Source: Zancudomyces culisetae HAW-14-8
Taxonomy: Eukaryota; Fungi; Kickxellomycota
NCBI GenBank assembly: GCA_052426225.1
Contig: JBNJNM010000006.1
Location: 2,542,001 to 2,606,000 of the forward strand
Direction of reading: 5' to 3'
Length of the DNA: 64,000 nucleotides
Shown: piece by piece, positions 27,245-41,300 of the stretch
How the letters are laid out: each line of letters opens with the position of its first letter
Position numbering within the stretch: position 1 is the stretch's first letter
Position numbers and translations under genes: made by a program
Notes under the pieces: generated by a model
The model's database searches: none
Told to the model about the DNA's origin: nothing
The model's input: the letters and a program-made list of their open reading frames with translations, nothing else

Positions 27245-29014
27245 ATGAATAAAATCGATGAAAAGACGATAATACCGCCTGTTACAGAAGAAGGTGGTGC
27301 TCTTCGACCAAAAATGCGGCTAAAGTATTTTTTTATGGCCACACCACTGTTTTTATTGCTGCTTTTAGTGGGGTTATTAGTATTACCGGAGCTTAACGAA
27401 TATTTTGTTCAGGTACTTTCAGAGTTCATCAAAGGTGAATATAGCAGACAGTATTCTATATCAAACAACATTCGCCAAGACGAGTTTGTACTGAGAGAAG
27501 TGTACGATCAAAAAATTCCCAACAAATCACAATTGCTGGAGTATATATCCACAAAAGAGGTGTGGCCTTTGGGAAAAAGTAAAGATAAATATCTGTCATT
27601 ATCTACAAATCCAGATACTTGGAGGGCCATGGGGGATGGGTTATTGGCAATCAGAAGAACCGTTTTAAACTATAGCACCCCAGACAGCCCTGTAAACTCT
27701 GATAGTGCTCACGAGTTTGAGTTTAATAATGGTGAAGCGCTAACGTTTGTCCCACTTGCCATAAAAAAGAAATCAATTAAATATTATTACAACCTTGCTA
27801 AGGATGACAAAGGTGGTTTTGAAAACGGTACACTTGGGATAGATACTCATAAAAATAAAGAGTTATGGAAGGATATCGGTAACTCATTGACAGGGGTGAG
27901 ACTAAAAGAGATGCAAGAGGAGTTTCTAAACACGAATTATGGAAATAAAATGAGTTATCTGGTAAAAAATAATCCAAACACACCGGGTACCGATCACAGA
28001 AGCATGAAGGTTATATTGAAAGGAATGGCTATGCGGTTATTAAATTACGCAACTGGATATTTCAACGAGGGTGATTATATTAGTTCTTCAGATAGCTTCT
28101 TAACTAATAACCGTAGCATAACCGTACCAGATGTTTCAGACATGAAAACGCTTATAAACTTTGCAAAAATGGCAGCTAATGCATATAAACTACCATCTAA
28201 TCCAAATTGGGAACACTTAGGAAACGATACAACCCACCGAGGTCAATTTGGGTGGGAAGGTGATGGAATAAGGGGTCATGTTTTCTCAAACAGAGATAAT
28301 TCTACTGTGATAATTAGTTTTAAAGGAACCAAACCAACTGTATTTTCGCCGAAAATGGCCAACCCTAGCCTTAAAGATAAGTTTAATGACAACAGGTTAT
28401 ATTCATGCTGCTGTGCAACATCTGTCAGAATCTCCAAACCTGTGTGCGATTGCCACATCAGGGCCAAAATATGTGATGGAAAATGCCTGAAGGATTCCCT
28501 CAAATATAATGAGGATTTGTATTACTATGCAGGTGCAAAAATAGTACTAGAGACAGCGAACCGTTACAGACAGAGTCAAATAATACTGACAGGGCATTCA
28601 CTAGGCGGTACAGTCGCATCATTACTAGGCGTCACATTTGGGTTGCCTGCTGTTGGCTTTGAGTCACCTGGAGATATGCTAGCTGCGTCAAGGCTTGGGC
28701 TTCCTGTTGATAGAGATATTCCGGTCTGGCATGTAGGTCATAATGCCGACCCAATATTTACTGGAACCTGTGTAGGCCCCTTGAGCGTATGTAACCTGGG
28801 TGGGTATGCGATGGAGTCCAAATGTCATATTGGAAAAATAATAGAGTTTGATGCTGTAGGAAAACTTAACTGGAGGCCAGACATATTGAGGCACCTGATT
28901 GAAGAGGTTATTTACCTGCTGCTTGAGCCATGGGAAAAAAGAACTAAATCCAAAGCCCCAGTGCCTGTTAGGAGGATGGAATGTAATGATTGTGACGATT
29001 GGAGCTTTGTTTAG
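27245..29014 (+). CDS. ATG15: Vacuolar/autophagic lipase Atg15-like (class 3 lipase)
   Basis: First in-frame ATG at 27245. N-terminal TM; AKMAANAY, FGWEGDGIRGHVF, DKFNDNRLYSCCCA, catalytic TGHSLGG, FESPGD, VGHNADPIFTGTC, GGYAMESKCHIG, C-terminal CNDCDDWSFV. Confidence 0.92.
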   Translation: MNKIDEKTIIPPVTEEGGALRPKMRLKYFFMATPLFLLLLLVGLLVLPELNEYFVQVLSEFIKGEYSRQYSISNNIRQDEFVLREVYDQKIPNKSQLLEYISTKEVWPLGKSKDKYLSLSTNPDTWRAMGDGLLAIRRTVLNYSTPDSPVNSDSAHEFEFNNGEALTFVPLAIKKKSIKYYYNLAKDDKGGFENGTLGIDTHKNKELWKDIGNSLTGVRLKEMQEEFLNTNYGNKMSYLVKNNPNTPGTDHRSMKVILKGMAMRLLNYATGYFNEGDYISSSDSFLTNNRSITVPDVSDMKTLINFAKMAANAYKLPSNPNWEHLGNDTTHRGQFGWEGDGIRGHVFSNRDNSTVIISFKGTKPTVFSPKMANPSLKDKFNDNRLYSCCCATSVRISKPVCDCHIRAKICDGKCLKDSLKYNEDLYYYAGAKIVLETANRYRQSQIILTGHSLGGTVASLLGVTFGLPAVGFESPGDMLAASRLGLPVDRDIPVWHVGHNADPIFTGTCVGPLSVCNLGGYAMESKCHIGKIIEFDAVGKLNWRPDILRHLIEEVIYLLLEPWEKRTKSKAPVPVRRMECNDCDDWSFV

Positions 29015-29634
29015 TCTTACTGGCACAAGATAATTATATTATAAAGGTAGTTTTTAGAGATTGTTTTTAGTTAATAAATGATGGTTTTTTTTTTTGGATG
29101 TTCAGCACAAGGATTTGAAACGATTTTTGTGTACTATTTTCAGGTGACCCATTATCATCATTCTTTTTATTACCACTATTAAAAAAAAAGGAATAATTTT
29201 CACATTGTACCTTTAGTTCGTTTGACTACCACAATCATTTTGTGACAGCTTTTTCACGCGCACAGATGTTTCACTTGCCTTTAGAATCTGGTTGTAATTT
29301 ATGGAACTATGAAATGCAGTTTAGCATAGTGTAATTCTGTTTCCTGCTAGTTACGAACACCAAAATTAGTTTATGCTTCTTCTTTCAAAAGTTTTAATTA
29401 GTTGGGTAAAAACGATTTAAATATATAAATAGCTACATTGCTCTTCGACTTTTAATAAAATCCGACATACCTATATACTAGCCTTTTCTCAAAGTTTTCT
29501 GCACTTGGTACTACTTGCTAGCTACATAATCACTTGTACGTTTAAGGTCCACGTACTGCATTCCGAAAAATAAAATAATATAAAATCAACACACGAGAAA
29601 GAAAGAAGAAAAAACAAACACAGATTTTTACACC

Positions 29635-30474
29635 ATGACCGTGTTCAATAAGAAGTTTGAAACTTTACTAGTCAGAAATCCTGCACCAGGCGTTGCCCAT
29701 GTATCTATAAACAGACCAGACAAGCTTAACGCAGTGAGCATGTCAGTGTGGAGAGAAGTCAAGGAGTGTTTCGAAGCAATTAGGGATGACAGTGATGTTC
29801 GAGCTGTAGTTTTGACAGGAGAAGGCAGAGTGTTTTGCGCAGGTTTGGACTTAAATGACAGCGGCTTTTTTAAAGGAAACGAAAGCGCTAATTCTGATGT
29901 AGCGAGAAACGCGATCAGAAAACGAGAATACATCTTGTGGCTACAAAGCACTTTTAGCGCTGTAGAAAAGTGTGGAAAGCCAGTAATAGCGTTTGTGCAT
30001 AGTGCATGTATTGGTGCAGGAGTTGACCTGATAACTGCGTGTGATATTAGATACTCTACAGAGGATGCCTTTTTTTCCGTAAAAGAAGTGGATATAGGGC
30101 TCGCTGCTGATATTGGAACGTTGCAGAGACTACCCAAAGTGGTTGGAAATGATAGTTGGGTAAGAGAGCTTGCATACACAGCTCGAAGAGCGCCAGCTTC
30201 AGAAGCACTTCAATTTGGGTTGATTAGCCGAATTTTTAAGGATGCAAAATCTGGGGTAGAATATGCTATCAAAGTTGCCACAGAGATAAGTGGTAAATCT
30301 CCTGTTGCTGTGGTCGGAACAAAGCATAACCTTTTGTTTTCCAGAGACAACAGCGTGGATGAGGGTCTTGAACATAACGCAAGTTGGAATGCAATGACCA
30401 CAGATACGGAGGACATTAAAATTGCAGTTACAGGCTTCTTAACAAAGAAAAAGCCAGTGTTTGCCAAACTATAG
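29635..30474 (+). CDS. ECH1: Delta(3,5)-Delta(2,4)-dienoyl-CoA isomerase (crotonase fold), peroxisomal
   Basis: 279 aa. FCAGLDL, ACIGAGVDLITACDIRY, FSVKEVDIGLAADIGTLQRLPKVVGNDSWVRELAYTAR; ends in the PTS1 tripeptide AKL. Confidence 0.93.
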   Translation: MTVFNKKFETLLVRNPAPGVAHVSINRPDKLNAVSMSVWREVKECFEAIRDDSDVRAVVLTGEGRVFCAGLDLNDSGFFKGNESANSDVARNAIRKREYILWLQSTFSAVEKCGKPVIAFVHSACIGAGVDLITACDIRYSTEDAFFSVKEVDIGLAADIGTLQRLPKVVGNDSWVRELAYTARRAPASEALQFGLISRIFKDAKSGVEYAIKVATEISGKSPVAVVGTKHNLLFSRDNSVDEGLEHNASWNAMTTDTEDIKIAVTGFLTKKKPVFAKL

Positions 30475-31282
30475 GGGGTCGGGGTCTAGGATATGGGGTT
30501 CTGCGCAATTTGGAAAGTTTCATATGCGCTACATCTTTTATTTTTAGCAGAGTTAGTACAAATATAATATTCGTGGTTAGTCAATATTTTTGTGCATGTC
30601 CCATTTATAAGCTTTTGATATATAAAAATGTGATCTAAGTTAAGTGTCCAAATTATGATTATTCTGATAATAAACCACATCTTTTTAAATTGAGTTAATC
30701 ACCACAGTCTGAAACATGTGTTCTTGTCTATTAAAAGAGTCTTCCTTCCTTTGCTGTTATGCTACTGTATAAAGAAAAGAAAAGAAAAGAAAAGAAAAAG
30801 AAACGTGTAAAGGTCTGGAACATCACTCCAGCTTTTATTATATTCTGTGTTGTGACCAGAGATATGTTTGTTTGTGATTAATGTTGGGGATAGGAAAAAT
30901 AAGTCTATTTTAGGTCGCAAAAAAAAGATGATTTTCATGTTCATGCTTATAAGATATGGCTAAAAAAAATTGCATGCTCCTGAATCAATCCTGGACACAA
31001 CTTTATATGTATATATATATATATTTTTTAATTTTGCGGAGTGCAATATAATCAAATGCGGGAATAGAAAGTTCATTTTTGATGAAAAAATGCGCTAGGA
31101 TGACACACGCAAATTGAATTTTCCTGTTTTTACGCTTATTAATAACTCCCACCAACTCAGCCAAGCTATAAATAGCTAATGAATCTTTATGATATCTCTA
31201 CTTGGAAATCTCAATTCCAAATTTATACTTTCTAACAGTGAATACTATTGTACTTCAGAATACCTGTTCAAAGTATTAAACA

Positions 31283-33204
31283 ATGTCTTTGGCCGTCATC
31301 GTCTGCAATAGCTGCCATTTGGTATTTGCATACTTGTACCTACAAATGTAAGATAATTTTTTGTAGTGCTTTGATTCAACTATTTGGTTTGTTAGGTTTC
31401 TTTATGATGAAAATATTTCCCAGGGTTAGTTAATAGAGATTAAAGATGAAGGCGATATTATCATAACACAAATAGAATATCACATCGACTGCTCTTCTAT
31501 GTTGATACAATACTCTTTCTTTTTTTATCGGCATTCTTATTCAACAATATTTATGTTTCAAAGGCTATTACAATTGAAAGAGAAGATTTAGAGACAATAT
31601 CAGAGAAAGTTCCAGAAGTCTCAACAACAGAAACAAAAATCGAAGGTACACAACCGCAGGTACCAAACCAGTGCGATCACAAATCTGTTCTTCACAGCAG
31701 AAGTGATTTTACAATAATAGAGAGTAGTGATAAACGAATAGTTTTCAAAAGAATACCAGGGAAAAACCTATTTTACAAGCTCTGCTTTATTAGTAGCTTG
31801 ATAATATACTACTTTGTCGCAGACTTTACCCTAAGGCCGGTATTTGTTACAAATGAAAATTTGACTTATTTCAGACTTGGCTATGTCAATTCAACGTCGA
31901 TAAAGATAGTTTATAGGTATCCACATGATCATGGAAAAGAAAGAAGCAGTAATATCGACGGTAGTAATATCAACAACCAATTGATCATTAAATATGCGGT
32001 ATCTGAGAGAAACAGTGGTAAGACGGCTGATAATAGCTTGGAGTGGACCAATGTTGCAATCTCTGAACTTCCAGGTGCAGATACAGATTATACAGGCGTC
32101 TATACCATCGAAAATCTTTTACCCTTGACAGAGTATGTAATTCAAACCATCAGAGAGCCACGAAATGTGATGGTAGAACTCAGGACAAGGACGGCTCCAG
32201 AACCCGGTAAACCCTCAAAGTTACGCTTTGGAAGTGGTTCATGCATTAAACCGAATTTTCCTTACATTCCTAATCGTCAAGGGCATATTCAAGGTTTTGA
32301 GAAAATGGCAAACCATACTCTGGACATGATGGTTTTTATGGGTGATTTTATTTATGCCGATATGCCGATATATTTTGGATCTGGGGTAAAAGATTATAGA
32401 AAATTGTACAGAGAGGTGTATAACACAGTCGATGCACAGAGATTAGGAGAAAAAACACCAATGCTTCACATATATGACGACCACGAAATAATAAATAATT
32501 GGTCAGGAAAGTATGCCTTTCCTTACTCTGGAGCCATGAAGGCATACCACGAATACAATGGCATCGGCAACCCTACACCCTCCGTTGAAAAGAGCTTTTT
32601 TTACAACTTTACATATGGAGACATTGCATTTTATGTTCTTGATACAAGGGCTTATCGAGACTCGCCGAGTGTTAAAGATGGCCCACATAAAACCATGTTG
32701 GGCCAGGAACAAAAATTAAACTTTATGCAGTGGATTCGGGACGTAAATCATACAGCTGCTGTCAAGTTTGTGGTTTCATCGGTGCCCCTTGGGTATTTAT
32801 GGACAAACGAGGATGCGAATCAAGATACCTGGCGCGGTTACAAGCACGAAAGGGAAGAGATACTTAACACTACTAAATACGTACCCAACACATTTTTCCT
32901 ATCAGGCGACAGACATGAGGTTGCAGTGATAAGGCTATCATCCGGAAACATAGAGTTTTCCACCTCACCAATAAACCAGTTCACTTTGCCAAAGATCAGC
33001 ATGTACACGAATAATGTCGATGGCGACTCTACCATATACTATCTGCAACCTGGACAAACCAAGTTTGCCATACTAGAAGTTGACACACAATCCGATCCAA
33101 ATATTCCTAAAGTCAGATACAATCTTTACAGCTCGGCCTTTAACAGCGCAAATACGCCTGTTTATACATACGAAGCTACTTGTAGTGATTGGCGGATGGA
33201 ATGA
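31283..33204 (+). CDS. Membrane-anchored PhoD-family alkaline phosphatase/phosphodiesterase (2 exons: 31283-31347, 31476-33204)
   Basis: Joining AT|gtaag with aatag|A gives a hydrophobic N-terminus (MSLAVIVCNSCHLVFAYLYLQIISHRLLFYVDTILFLFLSAF) in frame with the 468-aa ORF. PhoD motifs: GSCIKPNFPY, FMGDFIYAD, IYDDHEIINNW, LDTRAYR, KTMLG, DTWRGY, LSGDRHE. Confidence 0.88.
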
Positions 33205-33449
33205 TTTTTTTCCCATTGTTTTAAACAACATATCAATTTGTATTTATTGTTTAGTTTCTTGTGAAGTAGTAATATATATATATGGATAAGTGTGTATGCT
33301 AAAAAAGACTGACATGTGAATCTGCTATCCAAACAATGGGTGCTTCAACCACAATAAAAAGTATAAAATAGTTATGGATTAAAAGAGGGGAGTTAAAAAT
33401 AACAAAGTAATTATGCAGAGGAGATAAAAAAAACCGACTTAAATGGGTA

Positions 33450-35001
33450 TTACACAAGTTCCAGGACAGCTGATACGCCATAATGATCTATAAAAATAAA
33501 AACAAACAGTTATAGTATACCAAGATGTTTGTACTGTGACTATACCCCAAACACATATACATATACATACATATACATATACATATATATTCATATAAAT
33601 TGATGTGATAAAAGGAGATGTCTCCATATAAAAATTATGATGTATAAATTACTTACCCGATAATTGCGTAAACTTTTCATTTTCAGCAAAAAATTCCTCT
33701 ACACGAACAGAGGAGTATTTACTTTTTACTGCGATTTCAGATGATGTATCGGGGTTTGCTTTTCCTTCATACCACAAAATATAATCGATGGAATCCATAA
33801 CCATGTTACTGTCTTTAGATGTTATTGCCTTTTCCATAGGTTTTGCTGTTTCTCCATCTTCGGATATTATGATATTTCCAAAAGTAACTGGATGATATTT
33901 ATACGATTCATAGATTATATCTTTGAAAACCAATTTATCCTCACTGGAAAATGTATCGGTGTGTTTTGGTGATAAAACCTTGGGATCCCCGATACCAACT
34001 CCACGTAAAATGTTCATCATCATAGTGTACTCGGTTGAGTGGTCAATACCATCCTTCTCGTTATCCTCGAATTTTCTCGTTTCATCAGTTATTATGTGTG
34101 TACGTGAATTAACATTTAGATCTCCCAGTATGATAAGTGGTTCTCCAACTTTATAAGTAGTTTTTAGCACTTTGTCCATAAACTTGCGGAGCATATGAAA
34201 TTGAGAAAGCCTGACCCTCACACTTGGTTCGGTAAGAGCGGTATTGGTGTACGAGGCCTGGGTATGGGTAACAAAGATGTTCAAATATTTTGAGGTTGAA
34301 GAATCACTATCCGCGCTAGAGCTGTTAGAAACAGACAAGTTATTCTCTTTTTCGACCTTTATGCGGGCATAAAGTGCACCTTTGAGAGATAGAGCATCCG
34401 AATGTACTCCTCTAGGATATTGGATACACTCTTTGTGCTCAATTGGGTATCTACTCAAGATCAACAAACCGGAATCTATTCCAAAATCAAAAAAACCCTT
34501 GGACGGCGTTGTTGCATTGTACACTAGACCACGTGCCTTTGCGGCTTTTATAAGCTGTGTTTTCCTTCCTGAGCCGAACTTGAACATTTCCTCCAGGCAA
34601 ATCACATCGTACTTGTCAAGCACATTTTTTATAAACCAGTCAAGCCTCTCTTGCTTAAAGTCGTCACCGTTGTTGTTGATCAATGGTGGTCGCATAAATA
34701 TATTTTGAGTCAACAATCTGACTTTCACGCCTTCCTCCTCTAAAATAGCTTTTTGCTCGCTGCCAGTGTAGCTACCTGTGTTTGTTTCCTGAATACCTGT
34801 CTGAATTTCACTCATGGCTCGTTCATGTATCTTTTCTGATATGTAGTTAAAGTTTTGAATAATTAATGCCAGTAGTAGACCCAAAGCTATATATACCCCC
34901 TTATAACTTGACATTTGTGTATTGATTATATCATTAATCAAATTTATCAACGAGGCTTCACATTGTTTCCCAAGCTTAGTCTTATTTTTCCCGCAATCCA
35001 T
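33450..35001 (-). CDS. Sphingomyelinase-like endonuclease/exonuclease/phosphatase (EEP) family protein (2 exons: 35001 or 34914 to 33657; 33487-33450)
   Basis: LLTQNIFM, CLEEMF, DSGLLILSRYPI, KGALYA, VTHTQA, ILGDLN, IDYI. Splicing supplies the terminal catalytic SDH (QLS-DHYGVSAVLELV*). N-terminal hydrophobic anchor VYIALGLLLALII. Confidence 0.85.
33551..33590 (+). repeat. (CATATA)n microsatellite in the last intron of the EEP gene
   Basis: acacatatacatatacatacatatacatatacatatatat. Confidence 0.8.
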
Positions 35002-35362
35002 TGAAAAATGTCAATTGTGTATGTTGATTTTGGACTAAATGCAAAATTCTATTGGAATAAAAAAATAAGGCTCAAGAAAACAATCCAATAATAGACAAAC
35101 TCATGTTCATATTTAGCAAATAATTTGACATCTCCCAGTAATAAACAGTAATGGTCACAAATTATATTGTCTGTTGTATCAAATAAAGTAAACAAACACA
35201 AGTTAAAAGCCCATTGGTTTAAATAACCTAGTGGTATAATAACCAAACACATTTAACTTTAAAATTAAAACGGTTCTTTATCTGCTTCTCTACTCACTCA
35301 TGAAAAAAGCAAGTCAAAATCTAGCAAAAAAAAGCAGAAACATGATATTTTTCACAGAAAGT

Positions 35363-38300
35363 TCATGCGTCAGATAAGGATTTGGAGTGTATGAAACGTT
35401 TATTACCAGCAAAAGAGGCGGGGGTGCAATGGTTCAAACTGTGAACCGGAGAAATATGCATCGTTTTGCTGACTTGGTTTGGTATGCGTGACACGCCTGA
35501 GCTGGCAGAGTATAAGCGTTCAACGTAAGATACAGGACTTTGTGTAGAACTACTTGATACAAGGGGTGAGTTGTTATCAGAGTCATTTTCTCGTATGGCG
35601 GAGTACCCGATCTCATGTGTATGGATAGTGGATTTTGACTCAAAAGCACCAATATTTCTAGAAGATGTGAGAGAGTAGGATGAATTTTTCCTTTCTTTGG
35701 ATGAGTTTATATAAACACTATGCTTGGCACTAACCATGTGATCATCATCCACATGACTAGAACCCATAAAAAGCGGTTCAGAGACATCAGATGAATCCAC
35801 ACCACTAGAATAATCACTGTCCTCATCATTAGATGTAATATAGTCATTCGGGGCAAGTGTAGAACCTTCAAAGTACACACTTTGCAGGGTCCTACACTTT
35901 GACCGAGACTGTGCACCAGGCCATTGGTCTTCGCTCTTAGTGTAGGGGGTAGTAAACCTTTTGGTCTTTGGGTTTGTCCAATTCTCTAAAAGATTCCCAT
36001 GGTTGCTCTTCTTCCAGGCAGAAATCCATTTTTTGGCATAAACATAGCCTTTTTTGTAAGTTTCACTAAACTTGCCAAATTCCAAAACACCCAAGTTTTC
36101 AGGAGGAATTCTCATGTAAACAACACCCTTAAGCTGCTTTGAAGTCTTTAAAGTCTGGACGCTAGATACATAAGCAAGCCGGGATTGGATGTCGGAGATA
36201 CTGGGTATCCATTGTCTACGAAATGGATTCAGATTGTTTAGTAATATACTAAAGCCGGAAACAGACTCGCCATAGTAAACAGGGCTTGTGTCATCCTCAC
36301 CAGAGATATCAACAGCAAAAATGGTACTAGCACCCAGGCCATACTTCATGTATTCTATAGGTAAATTGTCCAGATAGCCACCATCTACCAACATAGATCC
36401 ATTCGCGTCACACATTGGAGGTAAAAAACCACATAGTGACATGCTTGCTCTACAATTTTTCCACAGATATCCACTAGTGTGGAATTCCAAACACGAATGT
36501 GTTACGTTTGTGCTCACACAATAAAAGGGTAACCACAAGTCTTCTACTTCAGTCTCTTTAAAAGTTTTCCACAGCGCTCTGTTGAATTCATTTCCGGTTG
36601 TATATGATAGGAATGGCCAAGTTACATCTAAAAGCTGACGCCAAAGAGATTTCATCACAAATGAAAACTGTTTCGCTTTAGTATATATATAGACGGTGTC
36701 AGGCTCATATGCATACAAACCTGAGTAAAAGGAACCAATACTTGTTCCACCAACCATGTCAATTGGTATACCAGCCTCTTCAAATGCCCTAATTACACCA
36801 AGCAAAGCGTTCCCTCGTGCCCCGCCACCACTCATCACTAGACCCACAGATAGATTGCACAGTCTCCGAGCCAATCTATCAAAATCAGACTTTTCGCTTT
36901 TATACGTTGTCGGCGCTATTGGATTTCTCGCCTGTAATAGCTTTGTGTAGTAGCTCTTAAAACCCCCAGTGATAGTATTAATTGCATCGTGTGTGACTGT
37001 GCTTAGTGTAGAGGAGTATATACCACGAGGCAGCAGAAATGGGAGCTCCAAGCTTGATCTAGCCCTGCCATTGGAGTCTTTGAAGGCATTTAATGTAACA
37101 GACGGACTTGTATATCCGGGAGACAGTAGTGAGTTCTGGCCTTTTCCAATCTTCTTACCCTCTGGTTTGAATACAAGCAGCACGCTTAATATGGCGTCGA
37201 CAAAAACTCTCCAAGCACGTGTAAAGAGAGGAGATTTCTTATCTGACACAAAGTCGGACTCATTTAAAGTAAAATCAAACGTATTTCGGGGGACATGTGA
37301 TAACGAAGAAAGTTGAATGTGATGATGTGTACGAATCCAGGGTCTCTTTACTAACCAGGAGCGTGTGGTTCCGGAGGGGCACTTTCTTTTTGGATGAAGA
37401 AGAACTAGTTCTTTTCTAGCAGTTGATCTAGAGGCCAGGACCAATCGTTCGTATGGGCCTATTTCAGACAGCTCATTTGCTATGCCTACAATCAAAATAC
37501 AATCAGCTTGGCTAATGCACTGTAAAGTCCAGGGCGAGTTTATTCCCTCATCAGCCACATACAAAAGCATTCTGTTTTTTTCTTCAAGCCCTGCCAGCCA
37601 CGATTGGATCTTTAACCTCCCCAGTCTACTAAACGCATTTCTTCCAACGTTTTTTATAACAGCTGAACAGTCAACAAGTGCAAAATCAGGGCCGATACAA
37701 CTAACCAGCGATTGGTAAAGTTTGTTTGAGAATTCCTTAACTGGTACATTGTCACTAACAGGAAGGATACAAACTGTCTTTAAATTTGTATTGCAGAAAC
37801 CAAAGTCACTGGAATGCGGATGATTGAACTGCATGACGGGGTTTACTCCGGCCAGACTTGGACGGGAATTGTTTAATGTTGATGAATTGTGTTGATACCC
37901 CAAGCTTCTTTGGTTTTGGATTTGGTTTAACATCCGAGCAGCTATCAGTTTTGAAATATGAAACGTAAGACTAGGATATGCGCTCATCAAAACTACAAAC
38001 AGTGACTTGGGAATAAATATCAATTCGGAATCACGAATGGTATGTAGACTGAAACTTCTTTTGTATCCGGCAAGAACATCTGCCTCACCCACCGACTGGC
38101 CAAACCCATACTCAGCGAATGAAGCTACAGATCCCGAAGGTTTATTAGCCTTGGAACTATCCGAAATGGCCCGCAGTCGCCCAGACAACACCACATGAAC
38201 TGTTTCGCTTCCCGAACCCGCTTTATATATTAGCTTTCCGCCTTTTACTCTTTTCCACTCCAACGCATAGTCGATATGATTTATGAGCGGTGAAAGGCTT

Positions 38301-41300
38301 TCATTGACTCTGTGTGCAAGCTTGGTTAGAATGATTGGGTGTTGGTACGTAAGCTTTTCAATCGAAGATAAAGGTAAAAACCCCAACAGAGCCCCAGCTT
38401 TCCCTCTAAGTTGCCTGCTTCCAGCAACTTTGACCAGCACGTTGCTGCTCATGCCTGTAATTGCAGAAAAATATCCGACCATCTCATTTTCGTAGATGAA
38501 ATGTGACTTTGCCTTTGGACTCGTTCTTTTCTTATTTTTCTTGACCCTTGCTTGACTTGGATTGCACCCAAATGCCGTCTTAATATTGTTTATCTCATTG
38601 AATTGTCCTGATACATCGGCATCATCTAAAAAAGATCTCGGTGAGGTCGCTTTTGCTTTGATGTGAGTGCGGGCATGAGTTTGGGTATTGGAGTTGGAAC
38701 TGGATTTAGGTTTAGTATCTGTTTGAGTTCCCAAACTTTTACCTCTCTTAGGGTCCAGATATTCACTAGATACAGTCTTGTTTGTGGTCGTACCACCATT
38801 TTGTCCCTATTATTCATAGTTTTATTTTTTTAATTCAATTATTTGATGACTTGTATACAAAGTAAAACCATTATTAAATACCAAATGAACATGTAATCTT
38901 AATTAAGTTCATAACTCCCGAAAAATAATAATATAGACTTACTTTTGGTTTCTCGCTTTTATCTGAACTATGGCTAGTTTCCAAAGTTAGATAAAGCTCG
39001 TTATAGTTCTTTAACCCCTCCAGGTCCTTTTGAACTTTGTAAGCTAGCCTTGTCATTTCCTCCGCCGACCTTTCAATAATATCCTGCTCATTATTTGAGC
39101 TCCAACTACCAACCATTCCTTCTGGACGACTTGTACAAAACTCCTGATATTTTCCATCATTGTTTGTATTGTTTTCTTCCAATATTTCCAGTGTTCCGTC
39201 AAATACCATATAAATTCCAGCTGGTTTTTGTCCTCGCTCAACTACGGTACAGTTTTTGGGCATGTATATTACCTGGAACTCGGAAAACAACCCCTTGAGT
39301 TCAATATCAGAGATAACCCGCCTCGTGCTACTGCTCAATGGTGGCGTAGTTGTAGCCGACCTTGTACCCAGCAGTTTTGGAAATATACACGTATCTTGGT
39401 GCATACTGTTTGGTTTTCTATGCCCAGTTCCGTTTTTGGTGGTGCGAGGTATATTACTTGTTTCAAGACGCGAGTCGGATACATTTTTCTTAGCCTCTAA
39501 TTCGCTAACGCTAAAGTGGTCATTTTCAACATGTAGGCCCAATGATTTTGCCATTTTTTGGATACAAATCATTTTAAAATCCTTGAAATCAGACGCAGTG
39601 GGTACGGGCCAAGGAGTTTTCTCCCTCTCTTCCTCGTGCTTCTTATCTTTTTCTTTTTTTTGCTCTTGTTCCTGAAATATACTTGACAATTCAGGTTTAT
39701 GTGAGAGTGTCTCGAAACCTGGTGAGCCTTTAACTAGCATCAATTCCTTTGATGATTTCTGATTACTCTCGTTGTAACTCTCATGAATTAAAAATTCCTC
39801 ATGAGCTCTACCAAGGGCCTCCAAGCGCTTTTCAGAAAGCGTTATAACACCGTTGCTCCGTTTTAATCTGTTTGTCTTATTATGGGTCGTGTAATTGCTA
39901 GGAATTCCTTCCCGCATTACTTTAACATAGTTTCCTTCTAGATCGCTCCAAACTGCATTTTTTGTTCGAGACTTGGGCTTTTCTGCACGCTTTCCATCGC
40001 GTTGAACCTCTTTTTGTTTCATTCCTCTTACCTTTATCTCCTCAGCGCACAGCTTTGTTAGCCCATCTTTTATCTCTTCAAATGTCGATAGACTGTCGAG
40101 CGACATGTTGGGTGACAAATAGTCTTTATCAAGAATTTGGACTGTTTTTTTACACATTTTCCGTTCAAAATCAACAACTTCCTCCCCAATGTTCAAATAC
40201 CCCTGCATCGTTACAAATGTAACCCTTTGTAGTTTAGTTAATATTACCTGTACCATCTGTGCTGCGGCTTGAGGAAACCTGTCTCTAACCCTTTTGAATG
40301 CTTTTGCTGGTATTACCGCAAGAGTTGTATCTTCGGTAGGTATTCCTATAATAAATGATCTTTTTCTGGTGTACCCATCAAACTCACTCTTTTCACTCAA
40401 CGCCGGTTCTACAAATATCTGTAACAATTGAAGAAGACTGCTTAATATGCTACCGGTCCCAACCTTTCGTAAAAGTTGCTTTGTCTCTTTGCTGTCCTTT
40501 GTTTCAAAACATGCCCTTTCTTGTACGCTCTCTGCATCGGATACTTCATTCCTTGGACTTTCTGGATTGCTAGTACCGGCTCTATACAACTTCTCGCCTT
40601 CCCCAATATAATAGCCCTCGCTATTATCTTCATCATGCAACAAGTTCAAGCTATTAACCCAATCGTTATTGGTCGCATAAACATTAACGTTGCCTTCAAC
40701 GACTACGCAAAAATCGTTATTCTCTTCTATACTCCGAATCCTTTCACCTAATAGAACTCGCCGCGTTTGAAGCTGTCTAGAAAGTTCATAAAACACCGCA
40801 TCCTCAAGATACCCAAAAATTTGGATGCTTTTTAGAAATGTATCTAAAAAACTTATGCCAGAACTAATTCTACTACCAAACTCATCTTGTTCGCCTTTTG
40901 CTCTAAATGGCATACTCCGACGAGAAGAATACTTTTGCCCATGCTCATACAAAGTATTGTTTATGGACATACCAAAGCTGCCATTTATTTCGTACCCTTC
41001 TTGCTCTTCTTCCGCTTCAAGTCCTTCAAGTTCTAAGTTCATTGATTGGATTGGGTCGCTTACCGACCCCAGAACTTCCACTTTTTGAGATTCGACTATT
41101 TTGTTTTGATAATGTCTTGGCAACCACACAGTTCTGATTATCGAAAAAATCAGTATTGAGCCAACAATAACCGTTATAGCTCCCATTTTAGCACTTCCAA
41201 AAAATACTCGTGACAATAGCAGCAGGAAATACAACAGCATCAAAATAATGTTTGTTGAGTACTCTACGGTTTTGAGCACAATATTAGAAACTCCTCGGCT

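Noticed and set aside
38735-38942. Apparent split of NTE1 into two ORFs (possible pseudogene or gene fission)
   Set aside because: A canonical phase-0 intron (38807-38942) restores a single reading frame.
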